Made by a program: the position numbers and the translations under genes
From: the human T2T-CHM13v2.0 reference genome, Homo sapiens
Direction: 5' to 3' (one strand)
DNA length: 64,000 bases
Assembly: GCF_009914755.1 (NCBI RefSeq)
Contig: NC_060937.1
In this document: positions 42,061 through 58,364 of the stretch, piece by piece
How the letters are laid out: every line of letters starts with the position of its first letter
Position numbering within the stretch: position 1 is the first letter of the stretch
Notes under the pieces: model-generated
What the model saw: only the letters and a program-made list of their open reading frames with translations
Told to the model about the DNA's origin: nothing
Databases searched by the model: none

Positions 42061-42384
42061 CATTTTGATTCATAACTATGTTTGCATTCGGCAATGAATG
42101 TATTTATTCTTTTTTTGAGTTTATTAAGTCTTTGAACTTTAAAGTAATATATAAGTAAAGTTACTTGTTTATTTCATTTATTTATGTTCTCTCTCCAGGA
42201 TTTAATAAGAACTAACAAATAGAAGCAATAAGTTAATAAATGAGAATACTGAGGCAGGAAGAAAATACAACTAAGAAATTAAGGCAAACATAAAAGTTAA
42301 GGTTAGCATATATTATAGCTCAAATATAAAAGACAGTTATAACAAAACCATCTTGCCTAATTCAGAGGAGAAAGTGTCATAATT

Positions 42385-42600
42385 AAGCTCTCACTGTTTG
42401 CCATGAGACAGATCTGATTGGCCTCTCAACTCTGCCATTTACTAACCGTGTCACCTTAGGGACATGTGAAATGACGATAGGAGTTATATCTACTCTCAAG
42501 AGTTATTAGTGAGTATTAAAGGAGATTGCTCTGTGAAATGTATAGTGTGATGCCTGGTACATAGGAAGGTTTATCAAATGGCAATTATTTATATTATGAT
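42385..42600 (+). mobile_element. MIR SINE
   Basis: ctctgccatttactaaccgtgtcaccttaggg...tgcctggtacataggaagg. Confidence 0.65.
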
Positions 42601-43357
42601 AATGATTATTACATTAATTTCCATAAATTTGTGATTGAAGAGTTCCCAGTTGCCTTTGGGAAAAAAAAAAAAAAGCTTTAATGCGACCTAGTGGCCTTTT
42701 AAAATATATTTGTGTCCTTCTGAAGATCAGAGGGGGCATGACTTCAGCAGGTCTTGGAGCATATGACATTGTTCATGTCCATTGTCTTCCTAAGCCACAG
42801 AGCAAGATCCCTCAGTGATGGCTCGATCTGCTTCAGGGTCCTGCTATAGTTTAAACCTCCCTTGACTTCATCGCTTCCAGCTTTTCAAGGGTGATATGTA
42901 TGCCTCCTAAAGGTTTGAATGGCCAATGCAGGAATCAGTTAACAATGTATTTGTTCATTTTATGAGCCATGTGAGTATGTAGGGAAATTTTCTTGTTCAG
43001 CTTCACTCAGAGGTGAGTAGGAGATACACTTGTCTTGGCTGCTCCTCACTGCTCATGGCCTGGAGAAAATGGAATGTTCCCAGGGCTTTGACAAAGACCT
43101 TGTACAACCTGCAGCGTTCTTCACCTAATCCCTCAGTATATTCCTCCTTAGGAGGAGCTACTCCTGATTCACTGCCACAGGCACAGCCACCTACAATGCT
43201 TACTTAGAGTGAAACTTTGATCCTACAATGCAAGAATCATCTTAATGACGCTGCAGCTGCCCTAGGCAGGTTGGCTGCTCACTATATATCTATATATTTG
43301 GGAAAATAAAGATCTGCCAAGGAAGGTACATCCAAGGAGGCCAGGGGCTGGCTGTAG

Positions 43358-43692
<335 letters not shown>

Positions 43693-44174
43693 TTCACTGT
43701 CCTTTCTAAAAATATTTCATTACATTAAGAAAAAAATGAATTATAAGTAGTATGTATTTATTGAGAACATCTACTATAAGAAAAAGCAATTATTCTTCAA
43801 AAGAATCTTTTTAAGGTACCCCATATTTTTCCTTCTAACATTTCTTCTTAAAATAATTTCAGTAAATTCAAAACTAGTAGAACTTTCCATCTGAAAATAG
43901 GTCAGATGTATTTGGGGTAAGAAACTTAGTTCACATTTCTGAAATGAGCTCATCAAGTGGTCCTTTACATTTCCCCAGCATCTTTTATGAACCTTTGCCC
44001 CGGATAGATATTCAATTAGGTAGAGTAGCTGAATTGCTCAAATAACATTTCTAAACTGGATTTGTTTGTCCTAGTAAAGTCTTACCTGAGTAAATTCAGA
44101 TCTTACATTTCAAACTTTTCTATAGTTTCTGAACTTGTTCTCTTCTCAAATTACTGACTATGATTACTTTTGGT

Positions 44175-44390
44175 GGGCTCTGGAGTCAGGCTAAGTTCAA
44201 ATCCTGGCTCAAACACTGACTAGTTGTATAACATTACGCAGGTCATCCCATCTTGTTAATCCAAAATTTTCTCACCTGTAAACTGAGTATTAATATTAAA
44301 TAATAAGGTTGTGAAGAGTAACACATGTCAATTTCTTAATGCACTGCTTAGCATATAATTCATGTTAGCTACTACTGTTATTACAGTCAT
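44175..44390 (+). mobile_element. MIR SINE
   Basis: gggctctggagtcaggctaagttcaaatcctggctc head with B box. Confidence 0.7.
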
Positions 44391-44449
44391 TATTTCAACA
44401 CTAAATGAAAACTTCAGAAGTGATCAATTCAAAGGAGAGCAAGGTATAA

Positions 44450-44960
44450 TTTACAAAAGAAAAAAAGTCAAGAGGCACATACATTTGTGAAGAAATGCTT
44501 AAATTAACTAAAAGTGAGATAATGCAAATTAAACATTGATAGGTATTTTACTTATAGAATTGGAAAAAACTTTTGAAAATGATCATCTTCTATTTTGGCA
44601 AAAGTATATGTAGTTAAACAGGTGGGTACTCTGAGACCTAGGAGTGAACTCTAGATTGGTATAGGCTTTTGGTAATGCAATTCAATATGTATCGTGTTTT
44701 AAAAGACTTCACACTCTTCGACCTTGTAACTGGATGAGTCCTTTAAGGAGACAGTGAGGCTGTCAAAGATTTTTATTAAACCATAATATATTAATAATAA
44801 TAAACTGAAACTAATGTATAAAAGTAGATGAATGTTAAGATATAGCAAGGGATATTATAAAGTTTTAAAATAATGTTCTCAAAGAACATTTAAGATTAGG
44901 AAAAAATACTTCTAACATATTACAAAACTGAATAAAGTATAGTGTATGATTCTTCTTTGT
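44450..44960 (+). mobile_element. Old L1 (L1ME-like) fragment
   Basis: gataatgcaaattaaac...ctcttcgaccttgtaact; highly diverged. Confidence 0.45.
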
Positions 44961-44999
44961 TATTTACATACGTATATAACATATGCCTATCACTGATAT

Positions 45000-46300
<1,301 letters not shown>

Positions 46301-46839
46301 AATGGGTAAGCACATGATATATGTCTAGATAAATTTAATGCTTTTTATTTTCTTGTTTAAACTCTTCTGTACTTAAATTTTCCAAATTGACATCATTTTT
46401 CCATCTTTATTATCAGAAAAAAACCCACAATCAATGTTATTCTTTTTTATTTTTAACTTGGTAATTACTGGTATTTATGGGCTAACTGAATGTATGAATC
46501 TTCCAGCCTTTTTGTATTTTGGATAGTTCACTATGAGGGACAAATCATCTTGATAAAGGATGAAGTTCTTTGCTTTTCTGTAACTCTCATTTCCTCTTTT
46601 TCATAACATTATTGAAAATATCATATTTTCTGCATTTTCTAACTCTGAATCAGTATTAGGCTGGTGGGCTAGCTCCTTGCCCATTCTTTCAACATATTAT
46701 TACTACTACTATTGCCACTACTTCAATTATTTGCTATTAGTGGCCTTTTTTCTATCTTCTCTCTCCATTTCTTCCCAGTACATCAAATGCTGTTCTGAGG
46801 TCAGTGCATCTATGTACATTGGAAGAGCATTAATATCTA

Positions 46840-47050
46840 TAGGGCAGCCCAGGTTCTGGGAACCTGGCCACATCATCTTACGTATACTGTATCTATTCAT
46901 CCTCAGAATAGACCTCCTTAGCAGCTATTATTACTCCATATGACAATGGGGAAACTGAGCCTGGGAGCTTGAGGAACTTGTCAGAAGACACACAGCTAGG
47001 AAGTGGCAGAGAGCAAGTGTCTGACTCCAAAGTCCACGCTCTTTCTACTT
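46840..47050 (-). mobile_element. MIR SINE
   Basis: atggggaaactgagcctgggagcttgaggaacttgtcagaagacacacagctaggaagtggcagag. Confidence 0.7.
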
Positions 47051-48299
47051 TTCATAATGGTTGCATCCCAGCTCTAAAATTTGTTTATTTCTTCTTTCAC
47101 ATACTCCGTCTTTTCAGAAAGGATTTGATAGAGATGACACATTTGTTATTGTTCCTAAGCTCTGGCTTCTGCCTCCATACTGCTTAAGCCCAGGAGATTG
47201 AGGAGGATGGCGTGGGCTGGAGGTGGACTGTGCGAGAAAGCTCTTCCTGTCACCAGAACCCTTGCTTGTCACCAAGTGGCCCACTTGCAACAGACTCCAG
47301 GATGTCCCAGCCAGGGGAGTGTTGGAGTTGTTTGTGATCGGGTGATCCCAGGCTTAGCTTGGTGAGTGTAGTTTGTTTGGTAACTACTATAATAGTAGGC
47401 GGTCTTTGATCTAGAGCTTTCATTAGTCCTTTTGTGATTCTTTTCTTTGGCAAATTATTTTTTCTTTTGAACTCTTTTGAAAAATGTCATATATATCCTT
47501 ATTCAATCTATTTTTGTGGTGAAAAACTCCATGACTTTTTAAGAAGAGAAGAGGATGTTAACTAACATCTGCAGAATGGCACTTTAAATGCTGTTTTTTA
47601 ATATTCACAAATGCTAGTGAGATAGATCTCATTATCCTTTTTTGATAAAATAGATGAAGGAATCTTGGCAGAAGAAAATTATGTAATTTACCTAACAGGG
47701 GCTATAAGATTTATTTTTTTTCTACCTATGAACTCATTCTACTATTACATATGCAAATATTGAGATAGATTGGACTGCAATTCTGACACTCATGGCCTTT
47801 AAGCAAAAATAACTCATAGTATAGTTTTAGAATTTGAGGCTGCGGAGGAAAATGGCAATATTTCAGCCAAGTAGAGAAGGGCAGCCCAGCTTCCTGGGCT
47901 TTAGGGGGGTGCTCTGAGCATTGGTATGTTATTGATACATCTATCTGTGACTTATTTTTTGTAATTTGAAACCTGTTTGTAAAGGAATATCAAGACATTG
48001 GTATTCCTCGCCAATATTAACATTACCAAGTCACCTTACTGTATAAACATCTGTCTAAAATGTTTAAATATTGATTTTATCGAGGGGCAACATGGGGGTT
48101 AACAAAGGGCTTTGTTAGTTCCTTTTCTGATTTTGACTGATACAATTCTATTGCTAAATTTCCACTGAGATTGTACATTATCCACACTATCTCACTTACC
48201 TAGAATGTGATTTTCCAAAAGTTGCTTGTACTTAGGAAGAATCAAGTCAGTCTCTGATGGTATTTAAGGGGCTGCAGAAGTAAACTAGTTCCTCCAGTG

Positions 48300-48530
48300 T
48301 CGGGAAACTGTGAGTCATCTCAACTCTCATGCTTTCTGACTCTGAATCAAGAAGGGCAATGTTCACATAGAAACCGTATAATTTGTCACGTTAAGAACAG
48401 ACTGATCTTGTTCTAATGCTCCTGCAGAGCTCCAGATCTCCTTACATAAGGAGAAATTTTCAGAAATTAATAAAATGAAGTTCAGCCTTAAGGAATGTGA
48501 CTAATACATCTGAGATAAGTGACTCAAACA
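48300..48530. promoter_or_regulatory. Candidate enhancer: AP-1/TEAD/GATA cluster
   Basis: TGAGTCA 48311-48317, TGAATCA 48343-48349, AGGAATGT 48491-48498, TGACTAA 48498-48504, AGATAA 48513-48518, TGACTCA 48520-48526 in non-repeat DNA. Confidence 0.35.
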
Positions 48531-49119
48531 CTAGAAGAGGGAGATACTTGCAGTTTTAGCACTAAACAATTTTAAGTTACTTGAGATTTTTTTAAATCAT
48601 CAGAACTCATTGTTTTCATATTTGAAACATGAGAAAATGTCTTCACTTTGCAGATTTAAAAGAAATTCATTGGATAGAAATAGACCAAAAATTTAATCCT
48701 TAGAAGATAATATTTTAGTAGTATTATCTCATAAAGAGTAAATACTTGATGCAATTATTTGCATATTGACCTCAATGCATGATTTTAAACCCATGATAAT
48801 TTCCCAAGATAATTTTCTAATGTCCACATTTCCCTGAGTGCTTAGTGCCACTCCCAGACATATCTGTGTGTCATTAGGTCTGCAGGCCTGTGGGGACAAG
48901 TGTGTGCACAAGTGCATGCATAGGTAATAGGAGCCCTTCAGGGTTGTCAGATGTGCTGAACATTGGAAACGGGAAATATTCTGTTTGATGACCTTTGCCA
49001 AATTGCAAAGTGCAAACTGGCAAAGTGAGTTTCATCACTCAGAATTTCAGTTTTGGAGATGGCAGAGATACATAATTATCTAGTTAAATCCCTCATCAAA
49101 TCAAGAAATAAAATGAGGT

Positions 49120-49453
<334 letters not shown>

Positions 49454-49863
49454 TTATGGAATACATCTATCTTTTCATAATTACACACTCAAGACATTTC
49501 TATCCCTCCACAGTGTGTTCATTACTCATTGCTCAGTACATGATTTCTAACTAAATATTTGTAAATGACTGAATAGATGAATGAATGAATGAATGGGTGA
49601 GTAAATGATAGAATGAGTCTCAGAGAGATCGTGCAAGTATGTGCCAGGAAAAGAAACCCAGGTGTTTCTTATTTTTCTGTTTTCTAGTCCCTGTGAGTTC
49701 TCTTTAGGTGAGCTAATAAACTCATTATCTTTTAATCCTTAAACCCTGTTTCTGGACACACCACCTATTCTTAGCTGAGCTAGGCCCCTTTCTTCCCCTA
49801 TTTTCACCTCTTCCCCAAAGCTTTGCTGGGTAACTGGAAAAAAGGTGATTTCTTCCTCAACCA

Positions 49864-49908
49864 CTCCTTGTCTGAACATGCAGCAATGCATGAGTCACTC
49901 TTCATTCC
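49864..49908. promoter_or_regulatory. Candidate p63-like + AP-1 + TEAD module
   Basis: CTCCTTGTCT-GAACATGCAG 49864-49883, TGAGTCA 49891-49897, CATTCC 49903-49908. Confidence 0.3.
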
Positions 49909-50199
49909 TAAGACACAATAGAGCTTTCCATGGCTTGTATTTGCTATAAATATTTACTGCCCTGATCTCTGATTTACTTAATATCAACACAATTGTCTGG
50001 GTAGCCTTAGACCTTTGGTATATATACTGGTCTTACTATTTGTCTGAGATCCCAAACTACATTACGGTTCTAAATTTGGTAAATATGGAATCCATTCCAA
50101 TTGAAGTTACTGGCAAAATTGAAAACACTATGTCATTTTTTTTCTGGAATAATAGGTATTGTTCTAGAGAATGTCTCTCTGTCTGTCTACTTAAACTCA

Positions 50200-50340
50200 A
50201 ATCCATCTAAAAATCTTATGGGATAGTAGATGTTATTCACATTTTTTTTACCAGATGAGGAAGCTGAGACTTCAAGAAATGAAATGACTTTTAGAAAGTA
50301 CTAAAGCCAGTATTTAAATTGAGATTGGTCTGTCTCTTCA
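50200..50340 (-). mobile_element. MIR SINE
   Basis: cagatgaggaagctgagacttcaagaaatgaaatgactt. Confidence 0.55.
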
Positions 50341-50839
50341 GGCCAGTTTGTGCCCACCACATTACACACTCCCCTCTTCCCATCCCATAATCATGGAGGG
50401 CATTTAAAGGCATCAGAACCATTAGGTACAGACTACCGTGTCTAACAGGGCAGAAAATTTCTGCTCCATTACGCCTTCCAGCCTTTAGGTTCTGAGAAGG
50501 CATAGTGAACATGAGAAGACAATGATAGAGAAAGCTGTTCTTTGGCTATGTCTATCAGACCAGTTTATGGTGTCACCAAACGAAGAATAAAGGGAAATGA
50601 CTTCTTCATATTTCTCAGAATCAAGGTTTATTAATTTCCCCTCCACAGCTATGAGGATGCTTTTTTTTTTCTTAATTCAGCCCAGAATATCAGGTTGAGG
50701 TGGAAAGTTCAGGGCCGTTGGTCAGTTGTATCTTAAAGGCATCCACCTATTTTTTCGACACCTCCATTCTTTTTCGAGTGGAAGCAAAAGACATGTAACT
50801 CCTGCAGGTAAAACTGTGACCAACACCATAAAACTGTGA

Positions 50840-51200
50840 TCAACAAACATTTATTAAACTATACTATGAGGAAAACATGAAATATTAGAATAAAAGGTAG
50901 ACAGTGATAATTAGTTTAAAGGACATGCAGAGATGGAGGTTTAGAAGAGACAGGAATTACAGTTGGGGAAGAGAACATGAAAGGCTTCCTGGAGAGCATG
51001 GTGTTTGCACTGGATCTTGGTAGTTTGGGAAAGGAAAGCAATCTAAGTGGAAGTTAGTATGAATGGAAGGAGTGGGGACCAGGTTACAGAAAGGAAATAG
51101 TAAGTGAGCTAGTTTGAATGGAAAACTTTTGAAGAAAAGAAGTGGAGAATAAGGCAAGAGAGGGTTAAGCTCCTTCTGGAAGATAGGGACCACATGTCTG
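50840..51200 (-). mobile_element. L2 3' fragment
   Basis: caacaaacatttattaaact tail; gaaaggcttcctggagagcatggtgtttgcactggatcttg. Confidence 0.55.
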
Positions 51201-51451
51201 ACAAGATTGTTTTATGAGGGCTCGGTATATTCTTGGGGGCAAGCTCAATCTCACAAACCACAAGAGTAGATCAATATGCCAGAAAAATACATGCAGGACT
51301 TGGTGGTAATGGTAGTGGTAGTGGTGACAGTGGTGAAGGTGGTGGTGATATCACAGAAGTGATGCAGAGTGTGATGATCTGGTGACAGGGATGATAGAAG
51401 GGGAAGAGGATACTCAGCAGGAAAAGCAGGTTATTTGAAAGGAAATGGTAA

Positions 51452-51773
<322 letters not shown>

Positions 51774-51837
51774 TAACATTACATCATTGCTGAAAATCTA
51801 TCCTAAGTCTACATAAGGAATGCAGCATCAACTATGG

Positions 51838-51900
51838 TATTAGGTATAAGGAGGGAAACCATGAAATTGCTAATTCAGTAGATTTCATAGTTAGCTAAGC
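51838..51900. mobile_element. Possible MADE2 (mariner MITE) remnant
   Basis: aaccatgaaat 51857-51867 and atttcatagtt 51882-51892 inverted pair resembling MADE2 arms. Confidence 0.35.
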
Positions 51901-52477
51901 TAATTAAAGAAGGCACTCTATTTAATTATTTAAATGATTAAATTAAATCACTCAATTTAATGAAGGTGATTAGGTCTTTTTCAAACAAAAGAAAACCCAG
52001 TTAAAAATAACTGAAATTGGTAACAAGAAAATAACCTAACATATATAATTAACCTGTAGAACTTAGCATCATAGGATTGAATTAATGATAGTATTTATTA
52101 AAGTAGAACTGTAAGATTATAAAAATACTTGGCACTTACATGAATAATCAATGTTATTAGTATCTAATATCCCCAGAGATAAATATCATTATCATTTGTT
52201 AATTTCACTTAAGTGCTGAAATATACATTCTATGGCTTGCCCAATGAATATGATACTTTTATATTTTATAGTCTTGAGTTAATTAGGAGTCACATAAATT
52301 CTGCAGTACAACATCATTGAAATAAATGGAATCAACATGACGACTAATCAGTGTTTTTGCTGCCAAGATGAGTGTTTTTTTTTTTCAAAAATCCTCATTA
52401 ATATTATATTAAGCAGGATTTCAGTGATCTTATGATAGCTTCCATTACTTCCCTAGGGAAACTGTTCTGTAAAATAA

Positions 52478-52805
<328 letters not shown>

Positions 52806-53039
52806 CCAACTTTTCGTTGCTTGTAGTCTTCTTCTTTCTCTCTCTATGCATCAACCATATCTCACTACCAAATACACATTTTCAGAAAATGCAAAATTCT
52901 CATCCAAGTCTTAGATACATTTCCTCCTCCTAATAGTTGCGTCCCATATTTTGGAGTCCATTTCTCCTGCACCTTCTTACGTTTATGTATTAGTTTGACA
53001 AGTATTTTTGGAACAGCTACTTACCACACTGGCAGGTAG

Positions 53040-53260
53040 TTTGAAATGGCAGAGAGGACAATGGCTTTGGAATCTGATAAATTAAGGTTTGAACCCTGGC
53101 TATGGTACGTAACAGCTAGTGACCTTGAGCAAGTTGTTTCACCACCTTGAGCCTCAGCCATTATCTGTAAAAGGGATAGAAGGATGAAAATGCTTCCCTA
53201 GCAGGATCTTTATGAGGATGTGAGAGAATGTCTAGTATCTGGAACATGGCGGGCACTCAC
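53040..53260 (+). mobile_element. MIR SINE
   Basis: ggctttggaatctga...gtgaccttgagcaagttgtttcaccaccttgagcctcag. Confidence 0.72.
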
Positions 53261-54979
53261 TCTGTGGCAAGTGCACTGGGCTACTTTAGTTTTGCACTAC
53301 TGTGTCGTAGGAAAGAACACAGAGCAAAATATCTTTTAGCTCTTCCCCATTTTTGATGATTCTCCTTGTTTTCTATCTGTTTTACTTCTGGAATCTCATT
53401 TCATGCCTAACTAAACTCCAACTTTCCTTGGTTCCTCCTACCACTCCTGCCTATTTTCCAGAATGTTGTGTACTTGCATTGACCAACTAGGCTACATGGA
53501 GGACCATCAGTGAGTCTTCGGTGAGTTCAACATGATGCAGACTGTATTTTCTTGTCTTTTTCCCTCCAGGCTTAAAGGATATCATGACAGGAAAACAAAA
53601 ACCTTATTTTATGCAATACTTTTGCTTATCTGATTTATAGGAAAGGAACTGTTTCATAAGAAGGGGCTTGCTTATAAGGGTACTAAAAGGCATGAATAGT
53701 ATTTCTGGAATAGTAGAGACAATTTTTATCTGTTTGCTTTGTTGCTGACCACAAAACAGATAAAATATTATGAAACTACAACATTACATAAAATTTACCT
53801 GCTTGTTTTTCTCATTGCTAGCTTATATTTTTAGTACTTGGCTGTTGCTTTAGCCTTGGAAATATGTCAAATAGGTACTGTACCCAGATTTGAAAATGGG
53901 AGAAAAGGAGAGAATCTCCTTCTCCAGAACAGAGGAGGAGGGGGAGGAGAAGAGGGAGGGAGAGAGAGAAAGTGAAAGAAAGAGAGAGAGGACTCAGGTC
54001 ATCAGGGAGCTAAGAATCAGCGAATCCACACATTTTACTGAGAAGTCAGAGTTTGCAAAGCACAGGGCATGGCACAGGAACTGAAATGAGCTTGATATCC
54101 AATGCCTGGTGTAGGACATTTACTCAATACATATCTGGTGACTGGCTAACAGCAGCTACTTGTTCTCTTCCGGGCCTCTGTATAGAAGAGACCCTTTCCT
54201 CCTGTTCCCTTTATTCTAAACTTATAGGGCAAGAACATCTACCTTGTTGGAACTATTGGGAAGAAATCTTCTCATTCTTTCACACATCCCTTTCTCCTGA
54301 CTCCACCCATTTGCCCTTAAAGTAACAGGAACAATTTGCTGAGATAAGGCAGAGATAATGCACATCTTAGCATGTCCAGTTTATATATTCTGGGCTCTCT
54401 CTTTTTCAGCCAAGCCTACCTGGAGGGTTGGGCATATACTTATCCCCTCTTGTTCCTCCCATGTAAGGCACATCTTGGTCAGGGCCCAGCACCTACTACC
54501 TAAAGACAGGTTGGGGCCCATCTGAGCCTTGGGCCTTGATGGGCTCACTCCTGGCTGCAAACTTGGCCATGCTGCTTACAGATTCTCCATACAAGGCATT
54601 CTAGGTCTAGACTGGAAAAAAACTTGAAGGAAGCCCCTTTTTGATGAAGAGCCAAATCTTATTTTTCAGTCCAGGTTTACAACTAAAGTATAAGATATTT
54701 GGATTTCTATTCGGCTTTTGAAGTTTTTGTTCAATAGGTGTTACTCTTAGAGGGGGTTGGGGAATAAAGTGTGGGTAATGCCCTCTTTGCAAAATATATA
54801 CCTTCAGAACTCTTGATCCCATAGTGAATTCACTAGGAAAGCTTGAAATCCAGGCACAAGGGCTAGCTTGCATAAAAACAACAACAGCAACAACAAAAGC
54901 ACTTGGAGAGATCAAGGTTCAGCAGAGGTAGGAGGTCTGGGTGCTTATTAAAACACACTGTTGGACTCTTAAATGTAAA

Positions 54980-55740
54980 ATTTCAATTTTATGAGGTTGT
55001 TTATTGAACACGATTATATACATGCATGACATTCGAAGTACGCTCTAGTTATACGAGGCTTGTTTAGATATATGGCAGCTCAGTGCTCCTCTACTCTCCT
55101 CTTTCTCTCCAATGGAAGCCACTTTTCAACTCATATAACTGGTTCTTTTGTTTTTTTGCCTCCAAATGACCAAAGAGCATACTTACTTCACTACTTCCTG
55201 GCTTTGAAGTTGTAGATATCGCTTATTTCTTTAGCCCTTATTTATTGACTTCCCATTTTTGAGAATGAGGATTTAGGTCTCTTTCACACCCCATCTTCCA
55301 GCATACAACCTCCCCACACCCCACTCTCCAAATATATTGTAATGTTGGTAAATTCAATCTTCAGGATTTTATCACTGTGATAGTGAAAACATGATTGGTA
55401 GCTGAGTTCTACAGTATAATGTAATTGATGTAATTGTTTCTTTTCTGTATTACTTTTTTGTATGTGTGGAGTCAATAATTGTCATTAGCTCAACGCCAAA
55501 CTTATGCCTTCAGCACATCAATTATCCTATCAGTTTCTCTTTTTGAGGATGTCTTTCCTGGAGGTGGTTGACCTCTCCAGTATGAAGGAAGCCCCCTCAT
55601 TTCTGGTGTTCCACTGTCATTATAATCCTCATCCCTCTTCACTATAAGCCCAGTGATTCTTTTTGCTGCTCTCATGTCGGATCTCCTCCTTCCTGGACAT
55701 GGTGCCATCCTTGTTCTTCACATGAGGCACATCCTCTGTG
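54980..55740 (-). mobile_element. Old L1M fragment
   Basis: L1ME-like antisense 3' text (ggaagccacttttcaactc...actggttctttt); highly diverged. Confidence 0.45.
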
Positions 55741-56139
55741 AGATTCCCGCTTAGAACACTCAGTCTGGAGGAAGCTCAATTGCTCAGAATCTCAAGAAGG
55801 AAAAAGACTGATTTTTAAAATATGCTTTGGTTTTGATGTCTGAACAGGAGTAGAAAGAGACCAAAAGCTAACGGCACTCCAACCAGGCTGGAGTAAGAAA
55901 AGGATTTCTTTAGAAAAAAATCTGTTGTCTTGGAGATTAGGCCGGGCTAAACCTACCACCCATGTAAGCCTAAAGGAGGTACACTGCTTTTAAAGAAGCT
56001 TCATTGTCTGTCACTACATCAGAGAGTTTGACTGGTATCCAAGGAAATCTCATACAGGAGGGGAGGTAAGTTCTCAGATGATAAACGGAAATGATTTCCC
56101 CTGAGAGGATCTTATCCAGAGAACTATTCAGAGCCACTC

Positions 56140-56595
56140 TTTTGTTATTATTTTTTATTTGCATAAATTTAGGGGTACAGGTGTAGTTTTGATACATGAA
56201 TACAGTGCATAGTGGTGAAGTCTGGGCTTTTAGTACAACCATTACCTGAATAGTGTACATTGTACCTGTTAAGTAATTTCCCATCCCTCACCCCCTCCCT
56301 CTCTCCCACCTTTCCAAATCTTCAGTGTCTATTATTCCACACTCTATGTCCATGTGTACACTTTATTTAGCTCCCACTCATAAGTGAGAACATTCAGTAT
56401 TTGACATTTTGTTTCCGAGTTGTTTCACTTAGGATAATGGGCCTCTAGTTCCATCCATGTTGCCGCAACAGGCATAATTTCATTCCTTTTATGGCTGAGT
56501 CATAGTCCATCATATACATATACCACATTTTCTTACCAAATCACCTGTTAATAGACACTTAGGTTGATTCCATATCTTTGCTATTGTGAAGAGTA
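56140..56595 (-). mobile_element. L1PB4/L1MA-type 3' end
   Basis: gtggtgaagtctgggcttttagt...ttaggttgattccatatctttgctattgtgaa; TSD cagagccact 56129-56138 and 56596-56605. Confidence 0.9.
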
Positions 56596-57308
56596 CAGAG
56601 CCACTTTTTCAAAGCTTTGTTTGGAGTAATCACCCCTTCAACTCTGGGATGCTTATACCAAGTGGTTACATTTGAGGGAAGACTGGGATGATCAGGGGAG
56701 AACACACTAAGTATTATTAACACAGGAAAGCTTATAGGTGACAATTATTTTAGCTGACCAAACGAGTATGTCATATATGCAGAGAAAGCAAGTATGTTGT
56801 ATACCCATGCCCAGGAAATTCATTGAGTTACAGAACTCTCAGAAAGAACATAGGGCAGATGAGACACAGCTATGGGGAAGCAGGGAGGACAGCAATATTT
56901 TGTTGAAACTATCTCCTGGAATTTCTCACTTTTCCCATAAAGGTGGAACCATTAAACAAACACTAAAAGCACTGGAGAGAACCCTACACTTTTCCTTCCA
57001 TGGTCACTCATGACTCCTTCCTAAGGGAGGGATGACTTGTCCTTGTAAGAATGCATAGGCAGCATGTCTCCAAACCCTTCGAGTTGTCTTACTAAATAAG
57101 TGCAGCTTTTTATATGTTAGTCGTACCTTAATAAATTGTTTTTTTTAAACAAAAAAGTTTGCATATACAGCTCAGCTACTTCTGGAAGACCTGTTTTCTA
57201 GACAAGCCTCCCCAGAAGGCAAATGTGTCCTCCCCTAACACTTGCCCCTGACTTGATAAGGCTTCCTGGGGCAGGGTCTTGGGTCTGGAGACCTGTCTCC
57301 CTCTTTCC

Positions 57309-57443
57309 TTTTTTTTTTTTTTTTTTGTAAGAGACAGGGTCTCACTGTTGTGCAGGCTGGCCTTAAACTCCTGGGCTCAAGCAATCCTCCTGCCCCAGCC
57401 TCCTGAGTAGGTGGGATTACAGGTACATATCACTGCACCTGGC
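57309..57443 (-). mobile_element. FLAM_A-like Alu monomer
   Basis: Monomer with poly(T); cctctttc on both flanks. Confidence 0.85.
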
Positions 57444-58109
57444 TGTCCTCTTTCTTGAGTCTTGACATAAGAGAGGCTCACCAGGATTTGCTGGGCTGCA
57501 GACTGAGCAACTGTCTGATTTACAGACTCTCTCCTTAGCCAAGTCCCAAGGTCTAGATTGGGAGAAAGTTGAAGAAGCTTTGTTTTTATTGCAGACCCAA
57601 ATCATATTCTTCAACCCTACTTTGGAGAGAAGAAAGCTTATATTTTAATCACTATCTGACTTTTTTGTCCATTACTCAAAGGGTTCAAAATCTGTGGGCA
57701 CAAGAGGTGAGTAAGACTCCCACATCATGGAACATAGTCTAGCAGAGTTTAAGGCATTAATGTTGTGGTGGAAGAAATGGAAAATAGAAACAAAAATCAC
57801 TTTTATAATATGGGTAGGAAATTCTTAAGTAAGAATGAAGAAAAATGGCTCAATTTCTTTCTATTCAACTTTGTTGAATTTATTGGGGTTGCGGTAGATT
57901 TAAATCCAGTTTTTCTTTTCCTTTATAATTTTTGGAAACCTGGAGACATTCCTACCCAGCAGTAATGTCATGAGTTACATTTTTACTAAGAATTTTAGAA
58001 TTTTTAGATAAAACAAGCTGGAAGCTATTTGTTGAGCAACAATATTTTCAAGACAGTGTTAGACCCTGTAAGGAAATAAACATGTATGTAATAAAGACAT
58101 TGCAATTTT

Positions 58110-58241
58110 TTCCATTTTGGGGTGGGGAACAGTGTCTCACTATGGTTGCCCAGGCTGACCTTGAACTCCTGGGGTCAAACTATCTTCTTGCCTCCGCATC
58201 CAAAAGTGCTGGGATTACAGAGATGAGCCTCTGTATCCCAC
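58110..58241 (-). mobile_element. FLAM_C, degenerate
   Basis: TSD aagacattgca 58094-58104 and 58242-58252. Confidence 0.85.
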
Positions 58242-58364
58242 AAGACATTGCATTTTTATCTACATGGCGAGCCTATTATTTGTTGAAAATTAGACATATT
58301 CCTATAATACAAGGAAGATATTATTTCAAAAGAGGTACATGGAGAGTTGAACAGACCTAACTAA

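Noticed and set aside
53515-53575. Donor gtgagt plus strong acceptor
   Set aside because: Implied intron is only 49 nt, below the usual spliceosomal minimum; no supported exon.
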